A DNA stretch of 64,000 nucleotides from a virus (lineage: Duplodnaviria; Heunggongvirae; Uroviricota; Caudoviricetes): IMG/VR virus record IMGVR_UViG_3300028364_000020, positions 41,510 through 105,509 of that record, one strand, 5' to 3'. Positions 10,182 to 22,188 of the stretch are shown here, one piece after another. The position numbers and the translations under genes were made by a program. Position 1 is the first letter of the stretch. Each line of letters opens with the position of its first letter. The notes beneath the pieces were generated by a model that saw only the letters and a list, made by a program, of their open reading frames with translations, was not told where the DNA came from and did not search any database.

Positions 10182-11933
10182 ATGATTGAAGGGGGAAAAA
10201 ATTGGTGTGATGATTTATGGTCTACTGTTATGGAAAACCGTGGTGAGTATTTGGTTTATAACCCAAATGGGTCGATATCAATTTATTTACCAAATGGTGA
10301 TGGTATATTAACACCTAGAGTTGTTTCCGAAGAATGTTGTTTATTCTTAAATGGTTCAGAACTTGTCAAAGGTGTGCTCCATTACGATTTAGATGCACAA
10401 ACGTGTATGTGGAAAACAAAAGAAGAACCAGAAGTAGAATGTGCTGTTCCAGAACAAATTAAAATAATATTAAACACAAAAGAGGAAGATGGAACATTGT
10501 ATTCATCTGATATTAACGATAACTGTTCATTGAGAATTGATTTTGATTACTTATTTAAATTAAAATGTGAAAGTTTAAATAATTTAGTTCGTAATCAATC
10601 ACTCCCTAGGTCAATATTACGTATATTAGAATCAATAAACTTAACAATGTCGCTTGAGATTATAGAAAACGATGATTTAGTTTCAGTTGACTCAAGTTCT
10701 GTTTTTAGCAAAATTGGTTCTGGTAACATGTATGATTACCTTACGATTCACCCTAATAATAGTGGTTTTTTTATTTCACCAACCAATAGTACGCAATCTA
10801 TTATTTTTAATGAATTAACATTTACTGGCGAAACTACTATTGAGGACTCAAACCCAAATGTTTGTTCGGTAGTAAAACTAATCATATTACGAGAATTATT
10901 TGATGAATCTGGGTTAGTTACTCAATCAAACGGTGAATCAGTTTTTAATAAATCATTAGCATCTACAATAATGGGGTCTACTTGGTTGAACCATAGTACT
11001 TTAATTACTGACCAAGCGGTTATTCGTAGGATAGAAAATAAGAAAATTAAATTATCCTTAACGTTAAATGATAGTTATGGCGAATTTTGTGTTTTGATTG
11101 ATAACATTTCAATTAATAAAGAATGTGTTCAAGTTGAGCGTGAAGATATTTTGATTACAGAATCACCTGGATTTAATTTAACTAGGGTAATTGACAACAA
11201 GAAATCTTGGGTAGACGGTAGTTCGGATGATAGAGAATTTGAGATTAAAAATGTAAACAATACTGAAGTTATTAGAATAACTGATTATGTGGTTCCAGAC
11301 GATAGGTTAATTATTAACTCAAAGGAAATTGATTTAGATATTAACATTGCGAAAGCAATTGAGTATGATGTATGGAAATCCATTTTAAATAACCCATGTA
11401 TTTTAAATCCAGAAATTAGTACAGATACTTGTAACAATGAGGTTTCTAACAAGGGTTGTGGTGATTACGTTGACTTTAACAATTTAGTTTCTATTAACTT
11501 TGACGAAGAACAAAGTCTTAGTAAAATAAGAGAATTTTTTAGTAAAGAATTGATTGATGTAAAAAATAGGCAAACAATTAATTCTTATGCAACACTAAGA
11601 ACACTTTACGATAGGTATAATAACAACAACGAATGTGGTGTAATTACTTCTGGTTTTAATTATTATACAATAGAAGAGTTTGCTAAACTAATGGGTGACT
11701 ATTGGGTGGACTTAATAGAACAAGTTATTCCATCAACGACAATTTGGGGTAGTGTTAAAATTTACGGTAACACTATTTTTGACCAACAAAAATTTACTTA
11801 TAAACAAAGTACTTTATTTTCTTGTGTTGAAGCTAGACCTAGTAGTGGTTGTAATCTAGTGTTAAATAATTTAAATTTAGTAAATGAATGTTTAGGTAAT
11901 TTATTAGATACTTTTATAGACGAATGTCCGTAG
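10182..11933 (+). CDS. hypothetical structural protein
   Basis: 583-aa ORF. It is preceded by an (AAAT)8 repeat that abuts the ATG. Confidence 0.45.
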   Translation: MIEGGKNWCDDLWSTVMENRGEYLVYNPNGSISIYLPNGDGILTPRVVSEECCLFLNGSELVKGVLHYDLDAQTCMWKTKEEPEVECAVPEQIKIILNTKEEDGTLYSSDINDNCSLRIDFDYLFKLKCESLNNLVRNQSLPRSILRILESINLTMSLEIIENDDLVSVDSSSVFSKIGSGNMYDYLTIHPNNSGFFISPTNSTQSIIFNELTFTGETTIEDSNPNVCSVVKLIILRELFDESGLVTQSNGESVFNKSLASTIMGSTWLNHSTLITDQAVIRRIENKKIKLSLTLNDSYGEFCVLIDNISINKECVQVEREDILITESPGFNLTRVIDNKKSWVDGSSDDREFEIKNVNNTEVIRITDYVVPDDRLIINSKEIDLDINIAKAIEYDVWKSILNNPCILNPEISTDTCNNEVSNKGCGDYVDFNNLVSINFDEEQSLSKIREFFSKELIDVKNRQTINSYATLRTLYDRYNNNNECGVITSGFNYYTIEEFAKLMGDYWVDLIEQVIPSTTIWGSVKIYGNTIFDQQKFTYKQSTLFSCVEARPSSGCNLVLNNLNLVNECLGNLLDTFIDECP

Positions 11934-12536
<603 letters not shown>

Positions 12537-12557
12537 AACATAAAAAAAATAAGTATA

Positions 12558-12800
12558 ATGGCTAAATTAGTTAATAGAATAGAGGGTAATATTTTAAATC
12601 ATGTGGTTACGAACACAAATTATTTAACAGGTATTACTGGGGAGTTACAAGATGGTATCCTCATCAACATTTCTGGTTTTATGGGTGTTTTACAAGACCT
12701 AAGAAATACTGAAAAAACTAGTGCGATTAATACACCTGTAATTTTCGGTTTACCGAACGAAAAGAACTTAGAGATGATAATAATTGAAATGAATTACTAA
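12558..12800 (+). CDS. hypothetical small protein
   Basis: 80-aa ORF. It is translationally coupled to the next gene through an overlapping TAATG. Confidence 0.35.
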   Translation: MAKLVNRIEGNILNHVVTNTNYLTGITGELQDGILINISGFMGVLQDLRNTEKTSAINTPVIFGLPNEKNLEMIIIEMNY

Positions 12801-14218
12801 TGAGATATCAAGAACCAATATATACCAATAGTGGTATTTATACAAATAGAACTACATCAAACGTAAATATGAGTTCGGATATGTATATATTCGAAACACC
12901 TATCTATAATATGGACAACGCAATTAAAATTAATTGTGGTGGTAGTGTTACGGGTGGTATTCACATATTAAACCCTACTTTAACTACAATCTCCATTAAT
13001 TTTAATATAACAAACAATTTCGATAGTATTATTGATACAAACGCTAAGTTTAGGTATGAGGTCTACAAGTATTCAGATTTATTAAATGAATTTTCTGCAA
13101 CACCAGTTTATAAATCAATTGAGTTTGAACAAGACTCTTTTACCTCGCTAAATACACTATCCGATGATATCCCCATTGATAAATTAGGTATCGATGGAGA
13201 ATATCTAATAAAAGGTTATTATCGTTTTGAAAATCACACTGATTTTCTGAAAAAAATAGGTAAAACTGTTGATACAAGAAGCTATATACATGGAAAAGAG
13301 TACGGAATTTATAACAGCGAATACGATTACTATTTTGCGGCAATAAATCAAGCTCAAATACCACTATTTACGCAAAATAATAGTGATTCACCGCAAATTG
13401 GTGGATTAACCCAACAAGTTTTCATCCCAACGGATGGTCAAACACAATTTTTAAGTCAAACTGGTCTTAGTAGTCAATTTATAGTTACATTAAATGGGTT
13501 GGTTTTATCTTTAGGTTATGATTATAGCTATAGCGACAACTTGATTACACTGAATGAACCAACATACCCAGATGATATTATCTCAATTGTCTATTCATCA
13601 GTAGGTGGAATTAAACTAGTTAGTGATTCCATAGTTATTGAGTCACCAATATTGAGTGGTATTACGGATAATCAAGGATTTGAGTTAGTATATTTCAACA
13701 CTACTAGTGAAAAATATGAAATATATACATCAATTAATTCAAACGGTAGCGTAATGGTGATTTTGAATGGTGTTACGCTAGCTGAAAACTTAGATTACTA
13801 TAAATCAATAACAAACCCAAATAGACTAATTTTTAATGGGGATTTACTTTTTGGTGATATAGTTACGATGATTTATTACCCTAATACTGGCGTGTCAATG
13901 GGTTTGTCTACTAGGACACCAGAAATAACGTGGAAAATAGATAAAGCACCATCAAAAATTAATGGTTTTTTTATACTTGAAGTAGCGTTAGACAAAGAAT
14001 TTTCTAACATACATTATAGTGGGGAAACTGAGTATGTTATCGGTTCAAATTATTATAGTCATGTTTTTGACCTTCAAGGGCAATTTGGTACCAAGTTATA
14101 TTATAGAGTAATTAACAATAAAAGATATGAAACGATTTGTGGTGAAATAATTGACGATTCAATCGTGAGTGAGATTATTTCAATAGTTATTGCCACTAAT
14201 TCGATAAATTCATATTAA
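12800..14218 (+). CDS. hypothetical structural protein
   Basis: 472-aa ORF, N/S/Y-rich. Confidence 0.45.
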   Translation: MRYQEPIYTNSGIYTNRTTSNVNMSSDMYIFETPIYNMDNAIKINCGGSVTGGIHILNPTLTTISINFNITNNFDSIIDTNAKFRYEVYKYSDLLNEFSATPVYKSIEFEQDSFTSLNTLSDDIPIDKLGIDGEYLIKGYYRFENHTDFLKKIGKTVDTRSYIHGKEYGIYNSEYDYYFAAINQAQIPLFTQNNSDSPQIGGLTQQVFIPTDGQTQFLSQTGLSSQFIVTLNGLVLSLGYDYSYSDNLITLNEPTYPDDIISIVYSSVGGIKLVSDSIVIESPILSGITDNQGFELVYFNTTSEKYEIYTSINSNGSVMVILNGVTLAENLDYYKSITNPNRLIFNGDLLFGDIVTMIYYPNTGVSMGLSTRTPEITWKIDKAPSKINGFFILEVALDKEFSNIHYSGETEYVIGSNYYSHVFDLQGQFGTKLYYRVINNKRYETICGEIIDDSIVSEIISIVIATNSINSY

Positions 14219-14311
14219 AATTATTTACTATTGAATATTTATGACTATGATAACCATGATAACCATGATAACCAAAAGGTCTTATAAAAATAAATTAAAA
14301 CAAACAAAATT

Positions 14312-16456
14312 ATGTCATATATTATTAAATCAACATCACCGTTCGTTAGTATAAAACTAACAGAAAAGGGTCGTGAAAAATTAGCTTTAGGAAATTTAAA
14401 TTTTAAATCTTGGGTTATTGGTGATTCTGAAATTAACTACAGTAGAGAATCGATTATAGATGGGAATGAAGGTATGTTAGGTTCTAGTATGGTGTTAAAA
14501 CCTTTTGATAGACAACCGAACATCAAATCATTTATAACTAGAGGTACATCCGTACCGTTTCAAGAAATTAATAGTTCAGTGATGAGTGTAGTTAAAGCGG
14601 TGGTAAACAACCAAGCAAAGGAAAGAGGGTTCTTTATTCGAGTTGGTGATTTAGATGTTAGCACTTTAACGGTAATTGATTATTACCAAGATTCAATTAT
14701 AGTAAATAATTCGACCATCGATGGAACTATGAATATTGTATTTCCAGTAACGGCTGGAAACACAATTAACACTGGTGATTTATTGCTATTAAAATTGGGT
14801 AACGAAACAACAGGTAATGTTAACACATTAGAAAACTTAAGAGCTTTACCAAATCTTTGGTTTAAAGTACAATCAACATCAACTAGTGGTGGAGAGTTAA
14901 CAATTGGGCTTGATAGAAACCTACCAAATATGGAGAACGATACAGCAGAGTCAGTATTGGTTTTCTATAAAGGTGGTGAAGTCCATGAAGTATCAAATAG
15001 TGAAACAACAACAGCACAATGGGATTCTGGAACATTGTCTTTTAATTCAAATATCAATATTAATTGTAGCGATATTCCAGTTTGGAATATGAATAATGTA
15101 TGGAGTGAAAACTTAGCTGGTGTTACGGGTTTAACGTCAACAAATTTATTTGAAGATTTCACTAAGTTTGGTTCTTATAAATACTTAGGGACTAAAAGAC
15201 CGTATTTGGAATATTTCGCTAGTTCTACAGAAGATTCTTCAACACCTACTAATTGTGATTTAACCACTAGTAGTTATTTAGATAATACAAATAAATCGAT
15301 TTCTATAATACATTATACTAATAATTCGATTTCTAATTTATATGGTGAATTTTTCTATACTGACGTACCAAACGGTAAATATTTGAGTTTATATATGCCA
15401 ACCCTAATGTACCACAGAGCTATTGGAAGCACAGGTACTACGATGGGAATGACCTTCGTTGCTACTGGTCCAACTAAATTGATACCTAATTCTGATATTG
15501 AGTACATCGATTTAATAGAAAAACCATCACTTATTCCAACATCGGCTACACCTTTGGTTATTGGTCGAATTTACCCACAACTTAAAACTTGTGTAATTCA
15601 TGATGATGAAATCGTTATGGCCAATTCATATAAATCAAATAGAAATTGGACATTACCAGAATTGAGTGCAAATTTAGAATCTCCATCAACTGGGATAAAT
15701 ACTGGTGTTCTTGGCAGTACTCAAACAATGTATATGACATATATTTTAGAAAATTCAGATAATTCTGGTTTATTGACAGCAATGCCTTGTCAAAAATACA
15801 CTAAAGTAACTAACAACACCGCATCAAGTAAGAACGTTTCATTTAAAATTAGTGAAATTGATTTGTTACCATATATGCGTAAAAAAGAAACATCATCAGA
15901 CGGTTTAGGTTTCTATGCAAATAAATTCAAATTTATTTATCAAATTGTTCAAAATGCTAATGATAGACCAGACCCTACGCAATGGAGTGAAGTTGATTTC
16001 ACTTCTAATGCAATAACTGTTGGGGCTGGAGAATTTATTGACCCTATATTATTAGAGAATCAAAACCCGTTAATTACTGGATTTGTTTTAGATTCTACCA
16101 AGAATGATACAGCCATTCCATTTAGTATTATTGAAAAACTAAACTTACCACCAAACACAGAACCAGATTATTTACAATTTGGTGATGAAAAATTCTTTTA
16201 CGGGAATTTAACAACACATATTGGGGCCACAATCTATAAAACGATTTTTGATATACGAGTAAATGGAAGTGAATTCAATACAACTAGTAATCCAACTAGG
16301 AGTAAAAACCCTTTGACAAACCCACCGAATATTAAAATATCGGAAGTAGGGGTTTATGATTCTACTAATACACTTGTTTGTATTGGTAAACTATCAAACC
16401 CAGTTTCGTTAATTGGTAACAACACAATAATGCTTGAAATTAGTATGGACTTTTAA
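14312..16456 (+). CDS. hypothetical structural protein, paralogue of the next gene
   Basis: Its N-terminus (IKLTEKGREKLALGNLNFKSWVIGDSEINY) aligns with the N-terminus of the 16516 ORF (AKLTPLGRSRMMSGTGKINSFVLGDSDANY). Confidence 0.5.
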   Translation: MSYIIKSTSPFVSIKLTEKGREKLALGNLNFKSWVIGDSEINYSRESIIDGNEGMLGSSMVLKPFDRQPNIKSFITRGTSVPFQEINSSVMSVVKAVVNNQAKERGFFIRVGDLDVSTLTVIDYYQDSIIVNNSTIDGTMNIVFPVTAGNTINTGDLLLLKLGNETTGNVNTLENLRALPNLWFKVQSTSTSGGELTIGLDRNLPNMENDTAESVLVFYKGGEVHEVSNSETTTAQWDSGTLSFNSNININCSDIPVWNMNNVWSENLAGVTGLTSTNLFEDFTKFGSYKYLGTKRPYLEYFASSTEDSSTPTNCDLTTSSYLDNTNKSISIIHYTNNSISNLYGEFFYTDVPNGKYLSLYMPTLMYHRAIGSTGTTMGMTFVATGPTKLIPNSDIEYIDLIEKPSLIPTSATPLVIGRIYPQLKTCVIHDDEIVMANSYKSNRNWTLPELSANLESPSTGINTGVLGSTQTMYMTYILENSDNSGLLTAMPCQKYTKVTNNTASSKNVSFKISEIDLLPYMRKKETSSDGLGFYANKFKFIYQIVQNANDRPDPTQWSEVDFTSNAITVGAGEFIDPILLENQNPLITGFVLDSTKNDTAIPFSIIEKLNLPPNTEPDYLQFGDEKFFYGNLTTHIGATIYKTIFDIRVNGSEFNTTSNPTRSKNPLTNPPNIKISEVGVYDSTNTLVCIGKLSNPVSLIGNNTIMLEISMDF

Positions 16457-16515
16457 CAATAATTAACCAAAACGGTAAATACAATATATTTATATAATAA
16501 TAATAGATTTTTAAT

Positions 16516-17709
16516 ATGGGATACAATAGCTTAACACCAAATATTACCTTAACAGCTAAACTAACACCTTTAGGTAGAAGTAGAATGATGTCTGGTACGG
16601 GAAAAATAAATTCATTCGTCTTGGGTGATTCTGACGCAAATTACAACATACCAGAAGTACTTACTAGTGGTGATATACCTAGTTCCGCTGGAAACATAGG
16701 GACAAACTCAACAATAAGTAATAGTACAACACAAACTATTAACATTAAATCAAAGTTAATCTTAAACTCTAATGGTATTTCTATGAAACCAATTTCAAAT
16801 AATAGTATTGACGTTTCATCGGAAGTGGTTTCAAATGGTGTAAATATTATTGGTTCTGGACTATTAAGACAAGACGTAATCGATAGGTCTTCTACGACAG
16901 ATAGTCTTGTTAATTTATACTATACTTTCGGTTTACCTTTGAATGCTACAGAAGATTTTAACTATACAACAAGATTAAATAGACAAGGTGGTTTTGGTGA
17001 CACCGCTTTGAGTGGTTTAGGTGTTTCTAAAATTTTAGTTATTGGAATTAATAACTCAGAATATGGTGAATGTATTGATGGTAAAACTGTGAAGATAGAT
17101 ATACCAACATCAGCTGGAACATATACGATTTATTCTACTTTCCAATCTGGGGTAAACACACCAAACAAGATGGATGCGTTAATCGCTGATACATCACCAC
17201 AAACTAAAAATCAAGGAGATAACGTAGCAATGTTATTTTGTGATGCAATAAAAAAACCTAGTGGCAATGCTGATATGAGTTGGGCGACTGGATATGGTAA
17301 TACGAAACCGTTCTCACAAAATAATAAAAAAAGTTATAATTTCCAATCATTACCAAATTTGGGTGTTGTTGTGGATGAATCGGTGGGTGTAGTTTACTTA
17401 GATAAAGGCTTCGTTGTTATTACCAACCAAGTAATTGTTAACCATTTTGATATTTCAACCGCAAATGGAACCACAATTGAATTTAATAGTGTATCAACTA
17501 ATATTAACCAAAACATTATATGTATTGCAGATAGAGGTGAATTTGGATTATCAAACAATAGAACATTCAATTTAGGTGACACACCTAGAATTAGTGAGGT
17601 TGGGTTATATGATGAGTTAGATAACTTAATTGCGATTGCTAAACCCGACAGACATGTTATTAAAAACATAAACGAATTTTTAGCGATTGGTGTTAAAATT
17701 GTAGTTTAA
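16516..17709 (+). CDS. hypothetical structural protein, paralogue of 14312..16456
   Basis: Shares a conserved N-terminal domain with the upstream gene. Confidence 0.5.
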   Translation: MGYNSLTPNITLTAKLTPLGRSRMMSGTGKINSFVLGDSDANYNIPEVLTSGDIPSSAGNIGTNSTISNSTTQTINIKSKLILNSNGISMKPISNNSIDVSSEVVSNGVNIIGSGLLRQDVIDRSSTTDSLVNLYYTFGLPLNATEDFNYTTRLNRQGGFGDTALSGLGVSKILVIGINNSEYGECIDGKTVKIDIPTSAGTYTIYSTFQSGVNTPNKMDALIADTSPQTKNQGDNVAMLFCDAIKKPSGNADMSWATGYGNTKPFSQNNKKSYNFQSLPNLGVVVDESVGVVYLDKGFVVITNQVIVNHFDISTANGTTIEFNSVSTNINQNIICIADRGEFGLSNNRTFNLGDTPRISEVGLYDELDNLIAIAKPDRHVIKNINEFLAIGVKIVV

Positions 17710-17760
17710 TCTTTATTTTTTAAAATAAAATGTTAACATTAATAAAAATTTACAACACAA

Positions 17761-18414
17761 ATGGAACCAAATAAAAAAGAGTATATCCTAGCATTAGATG
17801 TATCATCAACAACAATAGGTATTTCTATTTTTGAAGACTTAGGTAGTAAAGGGGTAATTAAACTATTACACCATGTATCACCTAAAGTAAAACCGAAACC
17901 AAAAACAAAACTAGAAGAGTTATTTTTAAAAGTTGAATTATTTGAAAAAGAATTTTTATTAAATTATAAAGATTTCGGTATAACTAGAGTAATAATCGAA
18001 GAACCTTTATTACAATCAAATAATATTTATACGGTTGCTACCTTATTAAAATTTAATGGAATCATCTCAAAATCAATTTATGATGTTTTAGGGGTAGTAC
18101 CAGATTTCATTTCTTCTTACGATGCACGTAAATACGCATTTCCAGAACTTATGGGGGTTAGAATCGCTAAAAAGGATGGAACACCTCTAACTGAAAAACA
18201 AATAGCTAAAAACACCCCTGTGTTATTTGGTGGTTACCCATTTAATGTAGATAAAAAATATGTTATTTTCGAAAAAGTGTGTGATTTAGAACCACAAATA
18301 ATGTGGTTTTATGATAAATACAATAAACTTAAGAAAGAAAACTTTGACATGACAGATAGTTATGCTGTTGGGTTGGCTTTTTTTAACATGAGAAAATTAA
18401 ATTTAATCAATTAA
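17761..18414 (+). CDS. putative RuvC/YqgF-like RNase H-fold nuclease (Holliday-junction-resolvase-like)
   Basis: The N-terminal ILALDVSSTTIGISIF motif resembles the first catalytic-Asp strand of RuvC/YqgF-family proteins. The assignment is tentative. Confidence 0.35.
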   Translation: MEPNKKEYILALDVSSTTIGISIFEDLGSKGVIKLLHHVSPKVKPKPKTKLEELFLKVELFEKEFLLNYKDFGITRVIIEEPLLQSNNIYTVATLLKFNGIISKSIYDVLGVVPDFISSYDARKYAFPELMGVRIAKKDGTPLTEKQIAKNTPVLFGGYPFNVDKKYVIFEKVCDLEPQIMWFYDKYNKLKKENFDMTDSYAVGLAFFNMRKLNLIN

Positions 18415-18432
18415 AATCAGTACCTTTGCGGT

Positions 18433-19386
18433 ATGGATTTTTTTATAGTAAATGTATTAGAGAGTTTTCTAGGGGATAATAGAAAATTAAACGAAGAAAC
18501 TGGACAAATTCAATTTGATTGTCCAGCATGTTCTCATGAAAAAGGTATGGTCGAAGGTGATGGTAAGGGAAACTTAGAAATCAATTATCATCGTAACGTC
18601 TTTAAATGTTGGGTATGTGGTGACACAAACAACATGAAGGGTTCAATAATGAAGCTATTAAAAAAATATGCTACACCTAAAAATATACGTGACTATCTAC
18701 TTGTTAAACCAGATGCTGATAGCTTTGTTGGTGTTTATAGAGAAAGACCCATATTAAAATTACCGATTGGTTATAAAAGATTAACTGATTGCACTAAAGA
18801 AGATTTTAAATCAGACATAGCTTTAAGTTATTTAAAAAAAAGAGGGATTACTGATGAAATAATCGATGAATTTGACATTGGTTATACTTATAAGGGTGAT
18901 TTTTTTAATAGAATAATAATTCCGTCATACGATTCTGATGGGGTATTAAATTATTTTATTGCTAGATGGTTTGACAAACAAAAAACAAACCTAAAATACC
19001 TAAACCCAGATGCGGAAAAACAAGAAAATATTTTTAACGAAGGGTTATTAAATCTAGATGCAACAATCTACATTGTAGAGGGTGTTATGGAACATATAAT
19101 TATACCAAATTCAATACCTCTTTTAGGTAAAGTTCTATCAGTAAACCTATTATCTTTCTTACATGATAAGTCAAATGGTTTAATAGTTATTTGTCTAGAT
19201 GGTGATGCATATCTAGACGCTAAATTATTATATTGGAAATTAAATTTTGGGAATTTAAGACATAGAATTCGTATAATAGAAACACCAAAAGAATATGACC
19301 CTAGCCTTATATATGAAAAAGAAGGTAGTAAAGGTATTATTAATTTATTACGTACCAGTAAAAAATTAAATGAAGGAGATTATTAA
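18433..19386 (+). CDS. DNA primase (zinc-finger plus TOPRIM)
   Basis: Has CPAC...x...CWVCG zinc-ribbon motifs. TOPRIM signatures are present downstream (IVEGVMEH glutamate and LDGDAYLD DxD). It lies next to the helicase and nuclease genes. Confidence 0.7.
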   Translation: MDFFIVNVLESFLGDNRKLNEETGQIQFDCPACSHEKGMVEGDGKGNLEINYHRNVFKCWVCGDTNNMKGSIMKLLKKYATPKNIRDYLLVKPDADSFVGVYRERPILKLPIGYKRLTDCTKEDFKSDIALSYLKKRGITDEIIDEFDIGYTYKGDFFNRIIIPSYDSDGVLNYFIARWFDKQKTNLKYLNPDAEKQENIFNEGLLNLDATIYIVEGVMEHIIIPNSIPLLGKVLSVNLLSFLHDKSNGLIVICLDGDAYLDAKLLYWKLNFGNLRHRIRIIETPKEYDPSLIYEKEGSKGIINLLRTSKKLNEGDY

Positions 19387-19889
19387 AGATTGTCGATAAA
19401 ATAAACATACACACTACAATCTCCATTAACGTCAAAAGTTTCGTTCTCACAATTTCCAGTTGGTGTAAAAACTCCTTGTCTACTAAATGAAGCTGGTTGG
19501 TTAAAATATGCAGCTGGATAATATTTAAAATCATCGGCAGCTAAATATTCAGCAGTCAAGTCAAAATTAACTCCGTTGATAGTATTCCAAGCATGACCAC
19601 AATACGTTTTTCCTATTCCAATCATCCCAAGAACGACTTCTACCTTAAGTTCTGGTGCTTTTACGATAAGTGTTTTTAAAATTGATAACGCATTATGGAA
19701 ACACATACTTTCATATATGTTTATACCACCTAAAACTTCTTGCAAATCTTCATCCAGTTCTTCTGAATGTGATACATCTATTCGATTATTTTCGGTAATT
19801 ACTTTATTGTTAACCCAATAAGCGTATTCATCTTTTCTGTCATTTGTTGCAACTAATTCTTTTAGCAATTTTTTTATCTCTTCTTTCAT
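19383..19889 (-). CDS. hypothetical protein (possible Cys/His enzyme)
   Basis: The only clean minus-strand ORF in this block. It contains CFHNA and CGHAWN motifs. No confident family assignment. Confidence 0.4.
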   Translation of the reverse strand: MKEEIKKLLKELVATNDRKDEYAYWVNNKVITENNRIDVSHSEELDEDLQEVLGGINIYESMCFHNALSILKTLIVKAPELKVEVVLGMIGIGKTYCGHAWNTINGVNFDLTAEYLAADDFKYYPAAYFNQPASFSRQGVFTPTGNCENETFDVNGDCSVYVYFIDNL

Positions 19890-19975
19890 AAGTTTATTTT
19901 GATAATAAATAGTCTATTTCAAAAATAAAGCTTTAATAGCGATTAAAAAATAGTACTTTTGTAAAAAAAGATAAA

Positions 19976-20755
19976 ATGAGTAAAGCAAAATTATGGGTAG
20001 GTCCATGTTATTTAGAACCAATTGAACACAAGTACCACCATAGAGTTACTGGTAAAATATATAAATCAGTTACTACCACTCTATCATCTATCGAACCACA
20101 CTTTGATTCTGAATCAGTAGCCTCGGCTATCGCAAAACAATCGAATTCATCTAAGCAAGAACGTTATATCGGTTTAAGTCAACCACAAATTTTAGAATAT
20201 TGGCAAAAATTAAATGATGATGCAAACGTCTATGGGACGAAAGTACATGATGTTGTTGAAAGATACTTACTAGCTAATAAATGGTATTTCCCAGATGATA
20301 CTGAAAATGGTTTATTTGAACAAAAAGTAATTGAAAGTTTAGGTGAATTAAATATTGATGAAGGTATAGCCATGTGGCCAGAAAGAATTATGTTTAGCGA
20401 AGAACATGAACTAGCGGGTATGGCCGATTTAATAATAGATTTAGATGAAGAATTTTTCTCAGTTTGGGACTGGAAAACAAATAGAGTATTTAACTTTTTT
20501 AACGAATTTGGAAATCAAACACTATTTAAACCTTTCAACCATTTGCAAGCTTGCCACTACAGTATATACACATTGCAATTAAGTGTTTATGCTTACATGT
20601 ATGAGCTTGAAACGGGTAAAAAATGTAGGGATATAACAATTGGGTATTGGACAAAAGAAACCTCAAAATTTAGTCGTATCCCTATTATGTATTTGAAAAA
20701 AGAAGCAAAACAATTAATTGAATTACATCACTATAACCTTATTAAAAACAGATAA
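19976..20755 (+). CDS. PD-(D/E)xK family nuclease (RecB/Cas4-like exonuclease)
   Basis: The motif GMADLIIDLDEE...VWDWKTN matches the D...(D/E)xK core with the (I/V)DYKTG-like signature. It is adjacent to a helicase. Confidence 0.55.
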   Translation: MSKAKLWVGPCYLEPIEHKYHHRVTGKIYKSVTTTLSSIEPHFDSESVASAIAKQSNSSKQERYIGLSQPQILEYWQKLNDDANVYGTKVHDVVERYLLANKWYFPDDTENGLFEQKVIESLGELNIDEGIAMWPERIMFSEEHELAGMADLIIDLDEEFFSVWDWKTNRVFNFFNEFGNQTLFKPFNHLQACHYSIYTLQLSVYAYMYELETGKKCRDITIGYWTKETSKFSRIPIMYLKKEAKQLIELHHYNLIKNR

Positions 20756-20758
20756 CAT

Positions 20759-22153
20759 ATGAACGAAATATCATTAGAAGAAAACTTTTATAAATTACCA
20801 GAACTTGTCACAAAAGAAGATATTGTGAAAAAGAAAATTATAACAAAACCTAACATAGATACGTTAACTGAAGAACAGCTACTTATTTTCAATGAGATAA
20901 CAGAACTACCTTTAGGTGTTTTTTCACAATCTTTATTAACTGGTTACTCTGGTACTGGTAAGAGCTTTTTAGTTTCTAAAATAATAGAACAAATGTTATG
21001 GAAAAACAAAAAATTAAAGATAGCTATTACAGCTCCAACGAACAAAGCTGTTCGTGTATTGAAAGAGTTATCTCAAATAAGCGAAGATAGTGAAAATGTG
21101 GATTTTATAACACTACATTCTTTGTTAGGTCTAAAACGTGTCATTACTCAAGATGGTAAAGAAATTTTTAGTCCTACTTACGGTGAAAGTGGTGTGGAAT
21201 CTTATAATATTGTTTTAGTGGATGAAGTCTCCATGTTGGATAATGAGTTGTACACCATTTTAAAAACTGAAACTAAAATGAATGCCATCGTAGTCTTATT
21301 TATCGGTGATAGGGGTCAAATACCGCCAGTAAATGGTGGTGAATCAGTTTTATTTAGTCATAAGTTGAATAATAATTATAATCTAACTAAAATAATAAGA
21401 CAAGCTAATGATAACCCAATAATTGAATTAGCTCAATTAATCAGAACTAACCAAACTTTTAATAGAGAATTAAACATAAATGAAAATAATCAAGGGGTTG
21501 TTTTTATGAAAATAAATACAGAAGACAAACTATTAAAGACTTATTTCACTTCTAAAAATTTTAATAAAGATGCAAATTTTGTCAAAGTTTTAGCTTGGAC
21601 AAATAATGCCGTAAATTATTATAATGACAAAATAAGAGAAATGATTTACGGTGAAGACATTGGTAGGTTATGTGTTGGTGAAAAGATGGTCTGTAATAAA
21701 CCAATTGTAAACACAACAAAAAGAGTTTTAATGAATAATAATGATGAATTTGAAGTATTATCTTTCATCAAGAAAAAAGAAAACAGAGCGTTTACTTTTT
21801 ATTATTATGAAGTCAAAGCTAAATGCGATAAAAAAGAACCTATCATAATTAAAATCCTAGCAGAAGAATCAGAAATTAGTTATGATAAAGAATTAAAGTC
21901 GTTAGAAAAAACTGCTGTAGAGGCTCACCCTATGCTTAAAAGAAATGCTTGGACTAAGTTTTACGCCTTAAAAGAACGATATGCTGATGTTAAATACAAC
22001 TATGCGTTGACAGTACATAAATCACAAGGTAGTACTTTTGATAACGCAATCGTAATTGAATGCGACATTAAAAGGTTGAAAAACAAGTTAGAAAAAGATA
22101 AATTATTATATACTGCTGTAACCAGAGCAAAAGATAAATTATTTGTTATTTAA
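20759..22153 (+). CDS. dda: Dda/RecD-like SF1 DNA helicase
   Basis: Walker A GYSGTGKSF is present. Walker B is LVDEVSMLD. The motif TVHKSQGSTFD matches the RecD/Dda motif VI region. Confidence 0.8.
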   Translation: MNEISLEENFYKLPELVTKEDIVKKKIITKPNIDTLTEEQLLIFNEITELPLGVFSQSLLTGYSGTGKSFLVSKIIEQMLWKNKKLKIAITAPTNKAVRVLKELSQISEDSENVDFITLHSLLGLKRVITQDGKEIFSPTYGESGVESYNIVLVDEVSMLDNELYTILKTETKMNAIVVLFIGDRGQIPPVNGGESVLFSHKLNNNYNLTKIIRQANDNPIIELAQLIRTNQTFNRELNINENNQGVVFMKINTEDKLLKTYFTSKNFNKDANFVKVLAWTNNAVNYYNDKIREMIYGEDIGRLCVGEKMVCNKPIVNTTKRVLMNNNDEFEVLSFIKKKENRAFTFYYYEVKAKCDKKEPIIIKILAEESEISYDKELKSLEKTAVEAHPMLKRNAWTKFYALKERYADVKYNYALTVHKSQGSTFDNAIVIECDIKRLKNKLEKDKLLYTAVTRAKDKLFVI

Positions 22154-22188
22154 TTATAATATTTGTACTTTTGTAATAAATAAACCAC